DNA of 64,000 nucleotides, taken from NCBI GenBank assembly GCA_905176665.1, contig CAJINA010000005.1, forward strand, positions 33,346 to 97,345, read 5' to 3'. Shown here piece after piece: positions 20,890-31,158 of this stretch. Numbering within the stretch: position 1 is the first letter of the stretch; each line of letters starts with the position of its first letter. Source of the stretch: Olavius algarvensis Delta 4 endosymbiont (lineage in GTDB: Bacteria > Desulfobacterota > Desulfobacteria > Desulfobacterales > CAJINA01). A model generated the notes under the pieces. The model saw only the letters and a list, made by a program, of their open reading frames with translations. It did no database searches and was not told the DNA's origin. The position numbers were made by a program, and so were the translations under genes.

Positions 20890-21483
20890 CTATGGGGTAA
20901 TTGATTTGAGCTTTTCTTCGATTTCCGGTTTCAGGCTCTTGTACATGTCTCCGGCCTGGGTGGCGGCTACGCACACCGCCCGAGACGTGATCGTGGCCCC
21001 GGACAGGGCGTTGATCTTGCCGCCGTCACCGGTAACCTGGATTGGCTCCAGGAGCGGCTGCCCGGCGAACTGGGCCGCAAAGTTCGGATCGTCCTTGGCC
21101 ATGGAGCCCAGACCGGCGGTCTCACTGTGGGTGGTGACGCCCGCGCCGTAGATTTTATCTGTGGCTACATCCACGGCCACCATCAGGCCGACATCGCCGC
21201 CGTAGCCTTTGCCGAACGTTTCAAATGCGACGGTTTGGGTTTTTCCGTCCAGTTTAGCGACGAAAAAGGTCCTGCTCTCCTTGTCGCGGTCAATGGTGAA
21301 CCGGTCCGACAGAGGATCGTTTTCAGCATCCTTGAAAAGGCTTTTTAACGTGGGCCCCTTTACGAATTGGAGCACCTGGTCTTCGATCCGTTGTGCGGTG
21401 TTTTCCTTGACATAGGCCAGCAGTCCCCCGGAAAGGGAGCTGAGAAACGTCAATACCACGACCATTTTAATCATTTCACCCAT
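20890..21483 (-). CDS. rnfG: Rnf complex subunit G
   Basis: N-terminal TM helix, GYGG, HSETAGLG, FMN attachment motif LSGATITS. Confidence 0.93.
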   Translation of the reverse strand: MGEMIKMVVVLTFLSSLSGGLLAYVKENTAQRIEDQVLQFVKGPTLKSLFKDAENDPLSDRFTIDRDKESRTFFVAKLDGKTQTVAFETFGKGYGGDVGLMVAVDVATDKIYGAGVTTHSETAGLGSMAKDDPNFAAQFAGQPLLEPIQVTGDGGKINALSGATITSRAVCVAATQAGDMYKSLKPEIEEKLKSITP

Positions 21484-21484
21484 G

Positions 21485-22444
21485 TTAGCCTACCTTTCCT
21501 ATCGCTTGCGGTCTGATTCTATCGATGAGCGGGTTGATGGAGTTCATGAGCAGGATGGCCAGCAGGACTCCATCGGCGTACATGCCGATATTGCGGATCA
21601 GAACGGTCAGGACCCCGCACCCGGCCCCGTAGATCAGCATCGGGATGGGGTTGACCGGTGAGGAGGCATCCTCGGTGGCCAGGAAGAAAGCACCGATCAG
21701 CGTATAGCCGGTCAGCAGGTGGAAGATCGGATCGGCATACAATGTCGGATCAGACATATTGAACAGCAGGGCGGTGACTAGCACGCCGGCCAGAAAACTG
21801 CCGACTATTTCCCAGCGGATAAATCCGCGGAGAATCAGATAGAGTCCGCCCACAATCAATCCCAGGCCGAAAGTGGACCCCAGTCCACCGGCCTGGCGGC
21901 CCAGGAGCAGGTCCATATAGTTAAAGGACTCAATACCTGCTACGCCGAAAGCCTTGAGGACACCCAGCGGGTACAGCATGTTGTAGCCGAAGTCGTAATG
22001 CACCAGGGCCGTGTCGAAGTCCAGCATGGCCTTCCAGGATACAGACATGATCGCCAGGGCCATGACCGCGGGGTTGAATGGGTTGGCCCCGATGCCGCCG
22101 TAAATTTGCTTTCCCAGTACGACGGCAATAAAGGTAGCCGTCAAAACCACCCACCATGCGACAGTCGCCGGCAGGAGCATGGCCATTATCAGGCCGATGA
22201 CGGCGGCGTTGCCGTCCCCGATCGTAGGGACCTGCTTCATGCCACGGTTGATCAGCCATTCCCATCCCATGGCGCTGCCCACGGAAAGACAGACCACGGC
22301 CACGGCCGGCGCACCGTACTGCAGGATACCCGCTAATACGGCCGGCATGGCTGCGATCAGGATGGCATAACTGCGTTCGGTCACATTGCTCCCGTTGTGC
22401 CAGAAAGGAGCGTGGGAGACGATTAATTTCTTCGGATTACTCAT
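21485..22444 (-). CDS. rnfD: Rnf complex subunit D
   Basis: GKQIYGGIGANPFNPA, GAFFLATEDASSP, LIRNIG; start at MSNPKK. Confidence 0.9.
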   Translation of the reverse strand: MSNPKKLIVSHAPFWHNGSNVTERSYAILIAAMPAVLAGILQYGAPAVAVVCLSVGSAMGWEWLINRGMKQVPTIGDGNAAVIGLIMAMLLPATVAWWVVLTATFIAVVLGKQIYGGIGANPFNPAVMALAIMSVSWKAMLDFDTALVHYDFGYNMLYPLGVLKAFGVAGIESFNYMDLLLGRQAGGLGSTFGLGLIVGGLYLILRGFIRWEIVGSFLAGVLVTALLFNMSDPTLYADPIFHLLTGYTLIGAFFLATEDASSPVNPIPMLIYGAGCGVLTVLIRNIGMYADGVLLAILLMNSINPLIDRIRPQAIGKVG

Positions 22445-23723
22445 TAGCAGCCTCCGCAGATTCGAGTCGCGCCAGCTCATATTTAGCCAGCTTGATATAT
22501 TGGAAAATCGGTATTTTGGCGGGGCACACGAAGGTGCACAGACCGCATTCCACGCAGGAAAAAAGGTCGTATAGATCAGCTGCATCCTGGTACTGTCCGG
22601 CTTCCAGAAAACGTACCAGCATGTTGACCTGGATGCGGGCCGGGCAGATGGGAATGCAGTCGCCGCAATTGATACAGGGGTAATCGGACATCAGCGGGAT
22701 ATCCGCACCGCCTTGTACGATGATGGCATCGGTGTCCGGCATGATCGGGAATTCATCGGTATAAACAGCCGCTCCGGTCATCGGGCCGCCGGAAATAATG
22801 CGGTCCCCCTCCTGGAGTTCGACCCCCACAGCTGCAAAGACGGCGGTCAGCGGGGTTCCAATGGTGGTTTTATACAGGCGCACGGCGCCGGCTTTGTCGA
22901 CGACGGTTATTGTTTTTTCCGTTGGAATCGCCTTTTGGGTGAAGGCCCGGCCAATGGAGGCGACCGCCTCGGCACTGATGAAAAATACGCCCAGATCCTC
23001 GCAGGCATCGCCGGCCGGAACTTCCATATCCAGGGAATCCTTCATGATCATCAAAGGCAGGGTGCCGGGATATTCGTTGTTGACCCCTACCGGCTCAGCC
23101 CCAAGATGTCCGATGTTCTGGACGACATCCTGGGTCAGGCAGATGACGATGTCATCTATCCCGGTGGCTTCTTTCAGAATACCGATGCCGTGATGGATGT
23201 CGTCGGCCTGGTTTTTTACCTGGTATTGGCGCGTGGCGACCAGGAGGTCCGCATCGGACCCGTTCACCACGATTTTGTGGATCGGTTTCTCGGGATTTTG
23301 CAGGGCTTCCAGGCCCGGTTTCCCCGGTACGTTGGCCAGGTAGCCGGTGAGGGTTTCCAGGGTCGGACCGTCGCTGCAGGCAGCTGCCCAGGCTTCATCG
23401 GCCTGGTCGGCATCTTCGGCCGCAATGCAGATTTCAACATAATTTTTTCCAAAATCGCCCGCCCGGGTGGTGACCCGGGTGACCTGACCGGTTACCGGTG
23501 CGGTGGCGTAGGTGTCCGCCTGCTCGAACAGCACCAGTTTCTGGCCGGATTGAACCGCTTCGCCCGGTTGCACCAGGGGTGGTCCGGTGGAAACATCCGG
23601 CTTTTCGATCAGGAGCGTTACCGTCTCGGGGACTGCAATGGTCTCGGGGGGACGGTGGATATCACCGATCGTCAGGTTTTTTATTCTGGGCTTCGACCAA
23701 CCTAAAAATGATCTTTTCAGCAT
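22437..23723 (-). CDS. rnfC: Rnf complex subunit C (divergent)
   Basis: APVTGQV, YPG, GGPMTG, CINCGDCIPICP and CVECGLCTFVCP; position in operon. Confidence 0.85.
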   Translation of the reverse strand: MLKRSFLGWSKPRIKNLTIGDIHRPPETIAVPETVTLLIEKPDVSTGPPLVQPGEAVQSGQKLVLFEQADTYATAPVTGQVTRVTTRAGDFGKNYVEICIAAEDADQADEAWAAACSDGPTLETLTGYLANVPGKPGLEALQNPEKPIHKIVVNGSDADLLVATRQYQVKNQADDIHHGIGILKEATGIDDIVICLTQDVVQNIGHLGAEPVGVNNEYPGTLPLMIMKDSLDMEVPAGDACEDLGVFFISAEAVASIGRAFTQKAIPTEKTITVVDKAGAVRLYKTTIGTPLTAVFAAVGVELQEGDRIISGGPMTGAAVYTDEFPIMPDTDAIIVQGGADIPLMSDYPCINCGDCIPICPARIQVNMLVRFLEAGQYQDAADLYDLFSCVECGLCTFVCPAKIPIFQYIKLAKYELARLESAEAANE

Positions 23724-23791
23724 AGTTTAGCCTTTTAAAAGTAGCCGCTAGTGGGTGAAAGGCGCAGCTGTTTGAAAGGTTTCCCGCCCGG

Positions 23792-24235
23792 CTACATGAT
23801 GTGGCAGGCGGCACATTCAACAGGTCCGGCTTCAAAATCTTTATGGCACGAGATACATTGGTCATGGAAGGCGTCTGCCCTGGCCGTCATCTCCTCCAAA
23901 TCATAGTCCTCGGGATCGTGACACGCATTACACGATTGGCTCACCCGTTCGGCTTCCTCGGGTTTGGCATGGCAGGCGCCGCAACTCCCGTGCTCGTCAA
24001 TTTCGTCTTCACCTTCGCCGGGGTGATGGTGGCAGTCATTGCAGTTCAAACCATATCCGGTTTCACTCAGATGAGTTTTATGATCGAAAATTACTTTACC
24101 GGCTTTGGTTTGATAGGCAATTCTGACGGGTCTGTCCGGGGGGGTGACGGGCAATGCAGCAAAACAGAACAACCCTACGACCAATAGAATCAGGGTTAGT
24201 CGGAGGGCCAATTGCAACTCGCTTTTCGAAGTCAT
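23792..24235 (-). CDS. membrane-anchored pentaheme cytochrome c3-family protein heading the rnf operon
   Basis: Five CxxCH motifs (CNDCH, CGACH, CNACH, CISCH, CAACH), VIFDHKTH, N-terminal hydrophobic segment. Confidence 0.9.
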   Translation of the reverse strand: MTSKSELQLALRLTLILLVVGLFCFAALPVTPPDRPVRIAYQTKAGKVIFDHKTHLSETGYGLNCNDCHHHPGEGEDEIDEHGSCGACHAKPEEAERVSQSCNACHDPEDYDLEEMTARADAFHDQCISCHKDFEAGPVECAACHIM

Positions 24236-24559
24236 TTGCAGTCCGATCCTTTCAATTCTTGTGGCGTTTGGAAAGAAGGATTTTTGATAAACCAACAGCA
24301 CGACTAACATAATGAGCAGATGGTTTCAAGTTCTTTTTGCAGGCTGTGAGGGGGGTCGCAAAAGCCGGGAAATCGCCGAACTTATTAAGTTTAAAAGATT
24401 TTCAGGCAAGGCTGGATGAACGCTCGGTTTCGGTATGGGGTCAGGCGGGCGCTGGCTGTTCGACGGACCTTATATATAAGGTAGCCCGGCTTGACCGCGA
24501 GTCGGGAGCGCGACGGTCAAATGTTCGGTGGCAAGATTCACGGGAGGTGCGCGCGCCGT

Positions 24560-26269
24560 CTAACAGATGCCGCACAGGTGGCAGTTTTCCAGGGTACAGG
24601 CCGGCGTTGTTTTGGCCTCCCGGGCCCGGCGGTGTTCGCTCACCAGAAACGCCCGTTTCAAACCGTGGTCGATAAATTCCCAGGGCAGGTTTTCCGACGT
24701 CTCCCGGGTCCGGGTGATGTAGAAATCGGGATCCTGATCCGTTTCCTTGAACGTTTGCGCCCAGTTGCCGCCATTGGCATGCGCGGATTTGAGCAGGGCG
24801 GCAACCCGGCGATCCCCTCGGGCAAACAGGGCCTGGATATAGGACCAGCGCAGATTCTCGGCCTGGACCCGGACATTGGGGATTTTCTGGAGGGCTTTAC
24901 GCAGGGTTTTGATTTTATTTTTAAGAGTCCGGCGGTCTTCCATGGGACACCATTGAAAGGGTGTGAAGGGTTTGGGAACAAAGGCATTGATACTGACGGT
25001 AATGGTGCCGATTTTTTTGCGTGACCGGCTGGCTGCCAGAAAGCGGGCTTTGATTTTTTTGGTCAGCCCAACGATGGCTTCCACGTCCGCGGCGGTTTCC
25101 CAGGGCAGGCCGACCATAAAGTAAAGCTTGAGATTGGGTATGCCACCGGTGACCAGGGCTTCGGTGGCCGTGAGAATTTCGGGTTCGCTGATACCTTTAT
25201 TGATAATGCGGCGCATTCGTTCGGATCCGGCATCCGGGGCAATGGTTGCTGTCTTGACCCTGCTGCTGCGCAGGGTGTCGATCAGTTCCGCATCCAGGGC
25301 GTCGGCCCGCAGGCTGCTGAACGAAACCTGCAGGTTCTTTTCACCGGCCAGGCGACACAGTTCATGCAGGCCGGGCAGGTCGGCGATGGCCGTGCCTACC
25401 AGCCCCACTTTAGAAGTACGCTTGGCGGCTTCCGCCAAACACCCTTTCAAGGTTTCTATGGATTGGAAACGCGGCGGACGATAGACAAAGCCCGCGCTGC
25501 AGAAACGGCAGCCGTGGGGGCATCCCCGGGCTACCTCTACCAGATAGGTGTTATCAAAAGTGGTATCCGCAGCGATGATGCTGTTGAAGGCCGGCTCGGC
25601 AGCCAGGTCCGGAAACCGGGGCGGCCTGACGGTGGTTGGAATGCCGGGCAGAACCGCACGATCTTGCAGGGTACCGTTGGCCTTGTAGGACGGGGTATAG
25701 AAGGCCGGCACGTAAGCGCCGGGAACGTGACGCGCAATTTGGGTGAGGCTGGCCGGCCGGTCGGCCGTGGGATCATACGTTTCCAGGAAAAGGGGCAGGT
25801 TGATTTCGGCCTCACCGAGCAGGAAGCAGTCGATGAAAGGTGCAATCGGTTCGGGATTCAGAAAGCAGGCGACTCCCCCTGCCACGACGAGGGGGTGGGG
25901 GGTTCCTCGTGCGTTTGATTCCAGGGGGAGTCCTGCTTTCTCAAGCACCGTCAAGATGGCCGGGTAATCGTTTTCGAACGACAGACTGAAGGCGACGATA
26001 TCGAAAGTGCCGAGCGCCTTTCCCGATTCAACCGTGCGAATCTCCCGATCGGTCTCACTATCTCCATCGGGGAGAAATGCGCGTTCACAGACGACCTGGT
26101 CGAGCCGGTTGATCAGCCGGTAGACCGTCAGAAAGCCCAGATTGGACATTCCGATGTGGTACGTATTGGGATAGACCAGCGCGACCGTGATCCGGTTGCG
26201 GTGCTTTTTGATCACCGCTCCCGATTCGCCCGCGAGTCGATCCCGATTTTTGGCGGTTTTTCTGCCCAT
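24560..26269 (-). CDS. B12-binding-domain-type radical SAM protein (TIGR03960/YgiQ-like)
   Basis: YPNTYHIGMSNLG, EVARGCPHGCRFC, LKLYFMVGLP, FVPKPFTPFQW. Confidence 0.85.
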   Translation of the reverse strand: MGRKTAKNRDRLAGESGAVIKKHRNRITVALVYPNTYHIGMSNLGFLTVYRLINRLDQVVCERAFLPDGDSETDREIRTVESGKALGTFDIVAFSLSFENDYPAILTVLEKAGLPLESNARGTPHPLVVAGGVACFLNPEPIAPFIDCFLLGEAEINLPLFLETYDPTADRPASLTQIARHVPGAYVPAFYTPSYKANGTLQDRAVLPGIPTTVRPPRFPDLAAEPAFNSIIAADTTFDNTYLVEVARGCPHGCRFCSAGFVYRPPRFQSIETLKGCLAEAAKRTSKVGLVGTAIADLPGLHELCRLAGEKNLQVSFSSLRADALDAELIDTLRSSRVKTATIAPDAGSERMRRIINKGISEPEILTATEALVTGGIPNLKLYFMVGLPWETAADVEAIVGLTKKIKARFLAASRSRKKIGTITVSINAFVPKPFTPFQWCPMEDRRTLKNKIKTLRKALQKIPNVRVQAENLRWSYIQALFARGDRRVAALLKSAHANGGNWAQTFKETDQDPDFYITRTRETSENLPWEFIDHGLKRAFLVSEHRRAREAKTTPACTLENCHLCGIC

Positions 26270-26340
26270 GTTGCATCTGCTGGCCTACAGTGGTTGTCGT
26301 TAGTCGCATAGTAAGTACCCGCAGTGCGCCCGCGCAAGTC

Positions 26341-27516
26341 CTAATCGGCCTTTTTGCGCAGAAACGTCGGGACATCCAGGTCATCGTTGTCGATCACGAG
26401 TCCTTTATAACTACTCGTTCCACGGTAGGTCGCACCCGAAGATTCGCCCACGGCTTCCTGTACCCGGATGTAGGTCGGTTCTTCCAAATCCACCGCGGCC
26501 TGCAGGTCGGCACTGGTAATATCACGAACTACCCCGCGCAAGGGTTGTTTTTCCGCGGCCGGGCCGCCGATACCAGTGGCAATGACCGTCACCCGCATTT
26601 CATCGCCCAGGGTTTCATCGATGGCCTGGCCCCAGATGATTTCGGCATCTTCCCCGACTTCGTCATAGATCTTGTCGGAGGCCTCCGTCATTTCCTCTAG
26701 AGTCAGATCGCTCGAAGAGGTGATGTTCATGAGGACACCTTTGGCGCCGGCAATGGAGATGTCTTCCAGCAGGGGATGGGAAATGGCCCGTTCGGCCGCT
26801 TCCACGGCCCGGTTTTCACCGCTGGCTATGCCGATTCCCATGATGGCCAGGCCGGCCTTGGACATGGTGGTTTTAACGTCCGCGAAATCCAGGTTGACCA
26901 ATCCCGGGATCATTATGAGATCGGTTATCCCTTTGACCGAATGCAGCAGAATTTCATCCGCCTTCTTGAACATGTCCACCATGCGGGCGTTTTTGGAAGC
27001 CAGTCCCCGCAGGCGATCATTGGGAATCGTGATGACCGTATCGGCGACTTCTTTCAAAGCATTGATGCCCTCTTCGGCTTGCCGGGCGCGTTTGCGGCCT
27101 TCAAAGGAAAACGGTTTTGAAACCACGGCTACGGTCAAAGCCCCCAGATCCTTGCAGGCTTGCGCGATGACCGGTGCCGCTCCGGTCCCGGTGCCGCCGC
27201 CGAAACCGGCGGTAATGAACACCATGTGGCTGTCCTCCAGGGCAGTACGAAGTTCATCCAAGTTTTCGACAGCGGCATCGCGGCCGACCTGCGGGTTGGC
27301 GCCGGCCCCCAGCCCTTCGGTGAGCAGTTCACCGATCTGGATCTTCTCCTGGGCCTTTGATATGTCAAGGGCCTGGGCATCGGTGTTGGCCGCAATGAAC
27401 CGAACGCCCTGGAGCTTGGAATCGATCATGTTGTTGACGGCGTTCCCGCCGGCACCGCCAACCCCGATAACCTTGATCTTTGCCGACTTCTCATTTTCTA
27501 CATACGTAAACGTCAT
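26341..27516 (-). CDS. ftsZ: cell division protein FtsZ
   Basis: IKVIGVGGAGGNAVN, GGGTGTG, NLDFADV, C-terminal LDVPTFLRK; likely start MTFTY at 27516. Confidence 0.98.
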   Translation of the reverse strand: MTFTYVENEKSAKIKVIGVGGAGGNAVNNMIDSKLQGVRFIAANTDAQALDISKAQEKIQIGELLTEGLGAGANPQVGRDAAVENLDELRTALEDSHMVFITAGFGGGTGTGAAPVIAQACKDLGALTVAVVSKPFSFEGRKRARQAEEGINALKEVADTVITIPNDRLRGLASKNARMVDMFKKADEILLHSVKGITDLIMIPGLVNLDFADVKTTMSKAGLAIMGIGIASGENRAVEAAERAISHPLLEDISIAGAKGVLMNITSSSDLTLEEMTEASDKIYDEVGEDAEIIWGQAIDETLGDEMRVTVIATGIGGPAAEKQPLRGVVRDITSADLQAAVDLEEPTYIRVQEAVGESSGATYRGTSSYKGLVIDNDDLDVPTFLRKKAD

Positions 27517-27690
27517 ATCCCCACCCTCCTGTACCGTGCGGCCGCCTGGGGCCGCGGTTTGCGGACCGAAGTCCGGTGAAAAAAGCTGTATTTGTTTAAG
27601 ACTCATAATCCTGGTTTGTCGTTTTGATCATGGACCTGGAACTTAACGCGTAGAACTAAAACGCCTGAAATTGTGCAGGGTTTCAAGCGC

Positions 27691-28917
27691 CTAAATGACA
27701 TCCTTGAACCACCGTTTCATGCGGCTGATCAGCCGGTTGAAAATATTGGCATCCCGAATGCGAAACTTTTTTTCGGATTGGTTCTTGGCGCCGTATAAAA
27801 CCAGCCCGACGCCGGTGGCGTACATGGGATTGTTGACGACATCCACCAGGCCGTTGATTCCCCGCGGGGTGCCCAGGCGGGTCGGCAGGTTGAATATCGA
27901 TTCGGCCACTTCGGTGGCGTCGGCCAGCAGGGCGCTGCCGCCGGTCAGGACGATGCCTGATGTCAGCGCGTTTTCCATTCCTTCACGGTAGATTTCGCGC
28001 TTGATCAGGGTGAAAATCTCTTCCATGCGCGGTTCCAGAATTTCGCCCAGGATCTGGCGGGGCAGTTGCCGCGGTTCCCGACCGCCCATTTCCGGGACTT
28101 CGATGGTCTCCTCGCCGCTGATTTTGCTGGCAATGCAGGTGCCGTATTTTTTCTTTATTTTTTCCGCCTCGGCTATCGGGGCCCGCAGTCCGACCGCAAT
28201 GTCGTTGGTAATGTTGTTGCCGCCCAGGGCCAGCACAAAGGTGTGCTTGATGTTGTTGCCGGAGAAGACCGCCAGGTCGCTGGTGCCGCCGCCCAGGTCC
28301 ACCAGGGCCGTGCCCAGTTCACGCTCTTCCGAAGTGAGGACCGCTTCACCCGAAGCCAGGGATTCCAATACGATATCGCAAACATCGAGCCCGCTGCGGT
28401 TGCAGCACTTGACGATATTGTGGGCGGACGTGACGGCGCCGGTCACGATGTGAATTTTTGCCTCGAGGCGCACGCCGGCCATCCCCACCGGGTTTTGGAT
28501 CCCGGCCTGGTCATCGACGATGAATTCCTGGGGCAGGACGTGGATGACTTCGCGGTCCATGGGAATGGCGACCGCCCGGGCTGCGTCGATTACCCGTTCC
28601 ACGTCGTTTTCGGTAATTTCCGGCCCCTTGATCGCCACGATGCCCCGGCTGTTGAAACCGGTGATATGGCCACCGGCAATGCCGGCATAAACCGAGGAAA
28701 TTTCGCACCCGGCCATCAGTTCGGCCTCTTCCACGGCTTTCTGGATGGACTCCACCGTAGATTCGATATTGACCACTACACCTTTGCGCAGGCCAATGGA
28801 GGGATGGGTCCCAATACCAATGATGTTGATGTCACTGCCGGATAATTCCCCGACAACCGCACAGATTTTGGTGGTGCCGACATCCAGACCGACGATTATT
28901 TCTTCCTGTGGCTGCAT
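27691..28917 (-). CDS. ftsA: cell division protein FtsA
   Basis: GLDVGTTKI, DLGGGTSD, GIVLTGG, YATGVGL, C-terminal amphipathic helix. Confidence 0.97.
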   Translation of the reverse strand: MQPQEEIIVGLDVGTTKICAVVGELSGSDINIIGIGTHPSIGLRKGVVVNIESTVESIQKAVEEAELMAGCEISSVYAGIAGGHITGFNSRGIVAIKGPEITENDVERVIDAARAVAIPMDREVIHVLPQEFIVDDQAGIQNPVGMAGVRLEAKIHIVTGAVTSAHNIVKCCNRSGLDVCDIVLESLASGEAVLTSEERELGTALVDLGGGTSDLAVFSGNNIKHTFVLALGGNNITNDIAVGLRAPIAEAEKIKKKYGTCIASKISGEETIEVPEMGGREPRQLPRQILGEILEPRMEEIFTLIKREIYREGMENALTSGIVLTGGSALLADATEVAESIFNLPTRLGTPRGINGLVDVVNNPMYATGVGLVLYGAKNQSEKKFRIRDANIFNRLISRMKRWFKDVI

Positions 28918-28918
28918 C

Positions 28919-29776
28919 TTAAACCTCCTTGTTATTGCCAATGGGCGCATCCGGCACAACCGGACCGAGTACAATTCGGTCGGTGTTATTCAGGTCAACT
29001 GATTCAATACCGGTCAGGTTGGGTGACCGGGCGGTATATTGACTGATCATATTCAGCATTTGGAGTTTTTCGGAATAGCGGTCATAACCGATTTTTATGG
29101 TGGCCGGCTGGCCGGCCAGGGTCAGGGTAAGGCCGGTTTCCCGATCGGCGTGGATCCGCTGCAGCCGTTTGCCGGGTATGACGGCGGCCGATCCACGGCT
29201 CATGGCGATCAGGTCCACCACGGCGCGCATCAGGGCAGTTTCGGGGTCACGTCCTACCGCCAGGTCCGCAAAGACCAGTCCGCCGACCACCGGCAGTTGC
29301 CCGGATTCACCCGGCCCCAGTTTTTTAAATACCCGGCCCCGGGCATCCATGAGAAAGCCGGGGCCTAGATCGATGACCGCTGCCGGCGTATGCTCGCGGA
29401 TCACAACCCCCAGCCCGTCAGGCAGTCTACGGTTGACGGCGGCATCGGCAATCCAACCGTGGCTGATCAGCCGTTTGCGGGCCTGCCCCAGGTTTACCGA
29501 CAGGATATTCTGACCGCGCTTGATACCGGCCAGCTGCAAGACCTGTGCTTCGGTCAGGTGGCGGTGGCCGGTAATATGAATGGCCTTGGTGTTAAAATGG
29601 TCCCACTGGGTAATCAGGTCGTGGGTAAAGATAAACCCCAGCGCCAGCAGGGGGACGGCAATTATGACCGCCGTGGTTTTCAATACCAGTGAAAGCCGCC
29701 GCCGCGTACGAGCGCGCTTTTCGGCCTGCCGGGCCTTGGATTTGTTTTTACGCAGCGATTTTTTCTTCTTTACCAT
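28919..29776 (-). CDS. ftsQ: cell division protein FtsQ/DivIB
   Basis: Basic N-terminus, one TM helix, POTRA-like WIADAAVNRRLPDGLGVVIREH; position before ftsA. Confidence 0.85.
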   Translation of the reverse strand: MVKKKKSLRKNKSKARQAEKRARTRRRLSLVLKTTAVIIAVPLLALGFIFTHDLITQWDHFNTKAIHITGHRHLTEAQVLQLAGIKRGQNILSVNLGQARKRLISHGWIADAAVNRRLPDGLGVVIREHTPAAVIDLGPGFLMDARGRVFKKLGPGESGQLPVVGGLVFADLAVGRDPETALMRAVVDLIAMSRGSAAVIPGKRLQRIHADRETGLTLTLAGQPATIKIGYDRYSEKLQMLNMISQYTARSPNLTGIESVDLNNTDRIVLGPVVPDAPIGNNKEV

Positions 29777-29785
29777 TTTTCCATC

Positions 29786-31156
29786 TCAACTTTTACCGGC
29801 GAGAACGTATTCGCCGATTTTCCAGACATCACCCGCGCCGAGGGTCAATAGAATGTCTTCCGGTTCCAAAAGGGCTTGCAGCAACTTGACGGCCTCTTCG
29901 GGCCCGCTCACACAATGGACATCTTTGTGCCCGTGGGCCTTGATCCCTTCGCAGAGCAGGGCGGCGTCGACCCCCGCGATCGGTTTTTCACTGGCCGCGT
30001 AAATGGGCATGACCAGCAGTATGTCGGACTGGTAAAAGGCCCGGGTAAACTCATCGAACAGGGCCTGGGTGCGCGTGTAGCGGTGAGGCTGAAAGACCAC
30101 CACCTTGCGCCGGTCGGGCCAGCACTCTTTCAGGGCCTGCAGGGTGGTTTTCACCTCTGTCGGGTGATGGCCGTAGTCATCTATCACCGTAGCGCCCTTT
30201 ATTTCGCCTTTGATTTCCAGGCGCCGCTGAACCCCCTGGGCGGTTTCCAGGGCTTTTTTGATGGTAGCGAAACGGATTCCCAGTTCCAGACCCACCGCGA
30301 TGGCGGCCATGGAATTGTAGATATTGTGAATGCCCGGCATGTCCAGGCAGATATCACCCAGGTCCCTGCCATGGTGGTACAGGTCGAAACAACTTTGCAG
30401 CCCATCGAAGTGGACATTTTTAGCCTGCAGGTCTGCCTGGCTGCTGAGCCCGTAGGTCGTGTACCGGTTTTTAATGTGCGGGATAATATCCTGGACGGCC
30501 TCGTTATCCAAACAGAGTACCGCCAGCCCATAAAATGGGATGCGGTGGATAAAATCCAAGAAGACGGACTTGATGTTTTCCAGGTCCTTGTAGAAATCCA
30601 GGTGTTCCTTGTCGATGTTGGTGACGACCGCGATGGCCGGCGAGAATTTCAGGAAACTGCCGTCGCTTTCATCTGCTTCGGCCACGATAAAGTCGCCCTG
30701 GCCCAACACGGCGTTGACACCGATGCTTTTCAGTTTGCCGCCGATGACGACGGTGGGGTCCAGTTTGCCCTGGTCTAATATGGCGGCCACGAGGGAAGTG
30801 GTGGATGTCTTGCCGTGTGCGCCGGCAATGGCGATGGAGTACTTCAGCCGCATCAACTCGGCCAGCATCTCCGCCCGCGGAATAACCGGGATAGCTTTTT
30901 CCAGGGCCAGCGCCACCTCCGGGTTGGCGGGGTCGATAGCCGAGGAAGTAACCACTACGTCCACGTCCTTGAGGTTGGCCGCGGCATGACTGCTATAGAT
31001 TTTACCGCCCAGCTTTGCCAACCGCCGGGTAATGTCCGAGGGCGCAATATCCGATCCGGAAACGCGGTAACCGAGATTCAGCAGCAGTTCGGCAATGCCG
31101 CTCATGCCGATGCCGCCAATGCCCACAAAATGGATATGATACTTCTTCTGATACAT
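29786..31156 (-). CDS. murC: UDP-N-acetylmuramate--L-alanine ligase
   Basis: HFVGIGGIGMSG, GAHGKTST, EADESDGSF, DDYGHHPTE, FQPHRYTRT. Confidence 0.97.
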   Translation of the reverse strand: MYQKKYHIHFVGIGGIGMSGIAELLLNLGYRVSGSDIAPSDITRRLAKLGGKIYSSHAAANLKDVDVVVTSSAIDPANPEVALALEKAIPVIPRAEMLAELMRLKYSIAIAGAHGKTSTTSLVAAILDQGKLDPTVVIGGKLKSIGVNAVLGQGDFIVAEADESDGSFLKFSPAIAVVTNIDKEHLDFYKDLENIKSVFLDFIHRIPFYGLAVLCLDNEAVQDIIPHIKNRYTTYGLSSQADLQAKNVHFDGLQSCFDLYHHGRDLGDICLDMPGIHNIYNSMAAIAVGLELGIRFATIKKALETAQGVQRRLEIKGEIKGATVIDDYGHHPTEVKTTLQALKECWPDRRKVVVFQPHRYTRTQALFDEFTRAFYQSDILLVMPIYAASEKPIAGVDAALLCEGIKAHGHKDVHCVSGPEEAVKLLQALLEPEDILLTLGAGDVWKIGEYVLAGKS

Positions 31157-31158
31157 GG

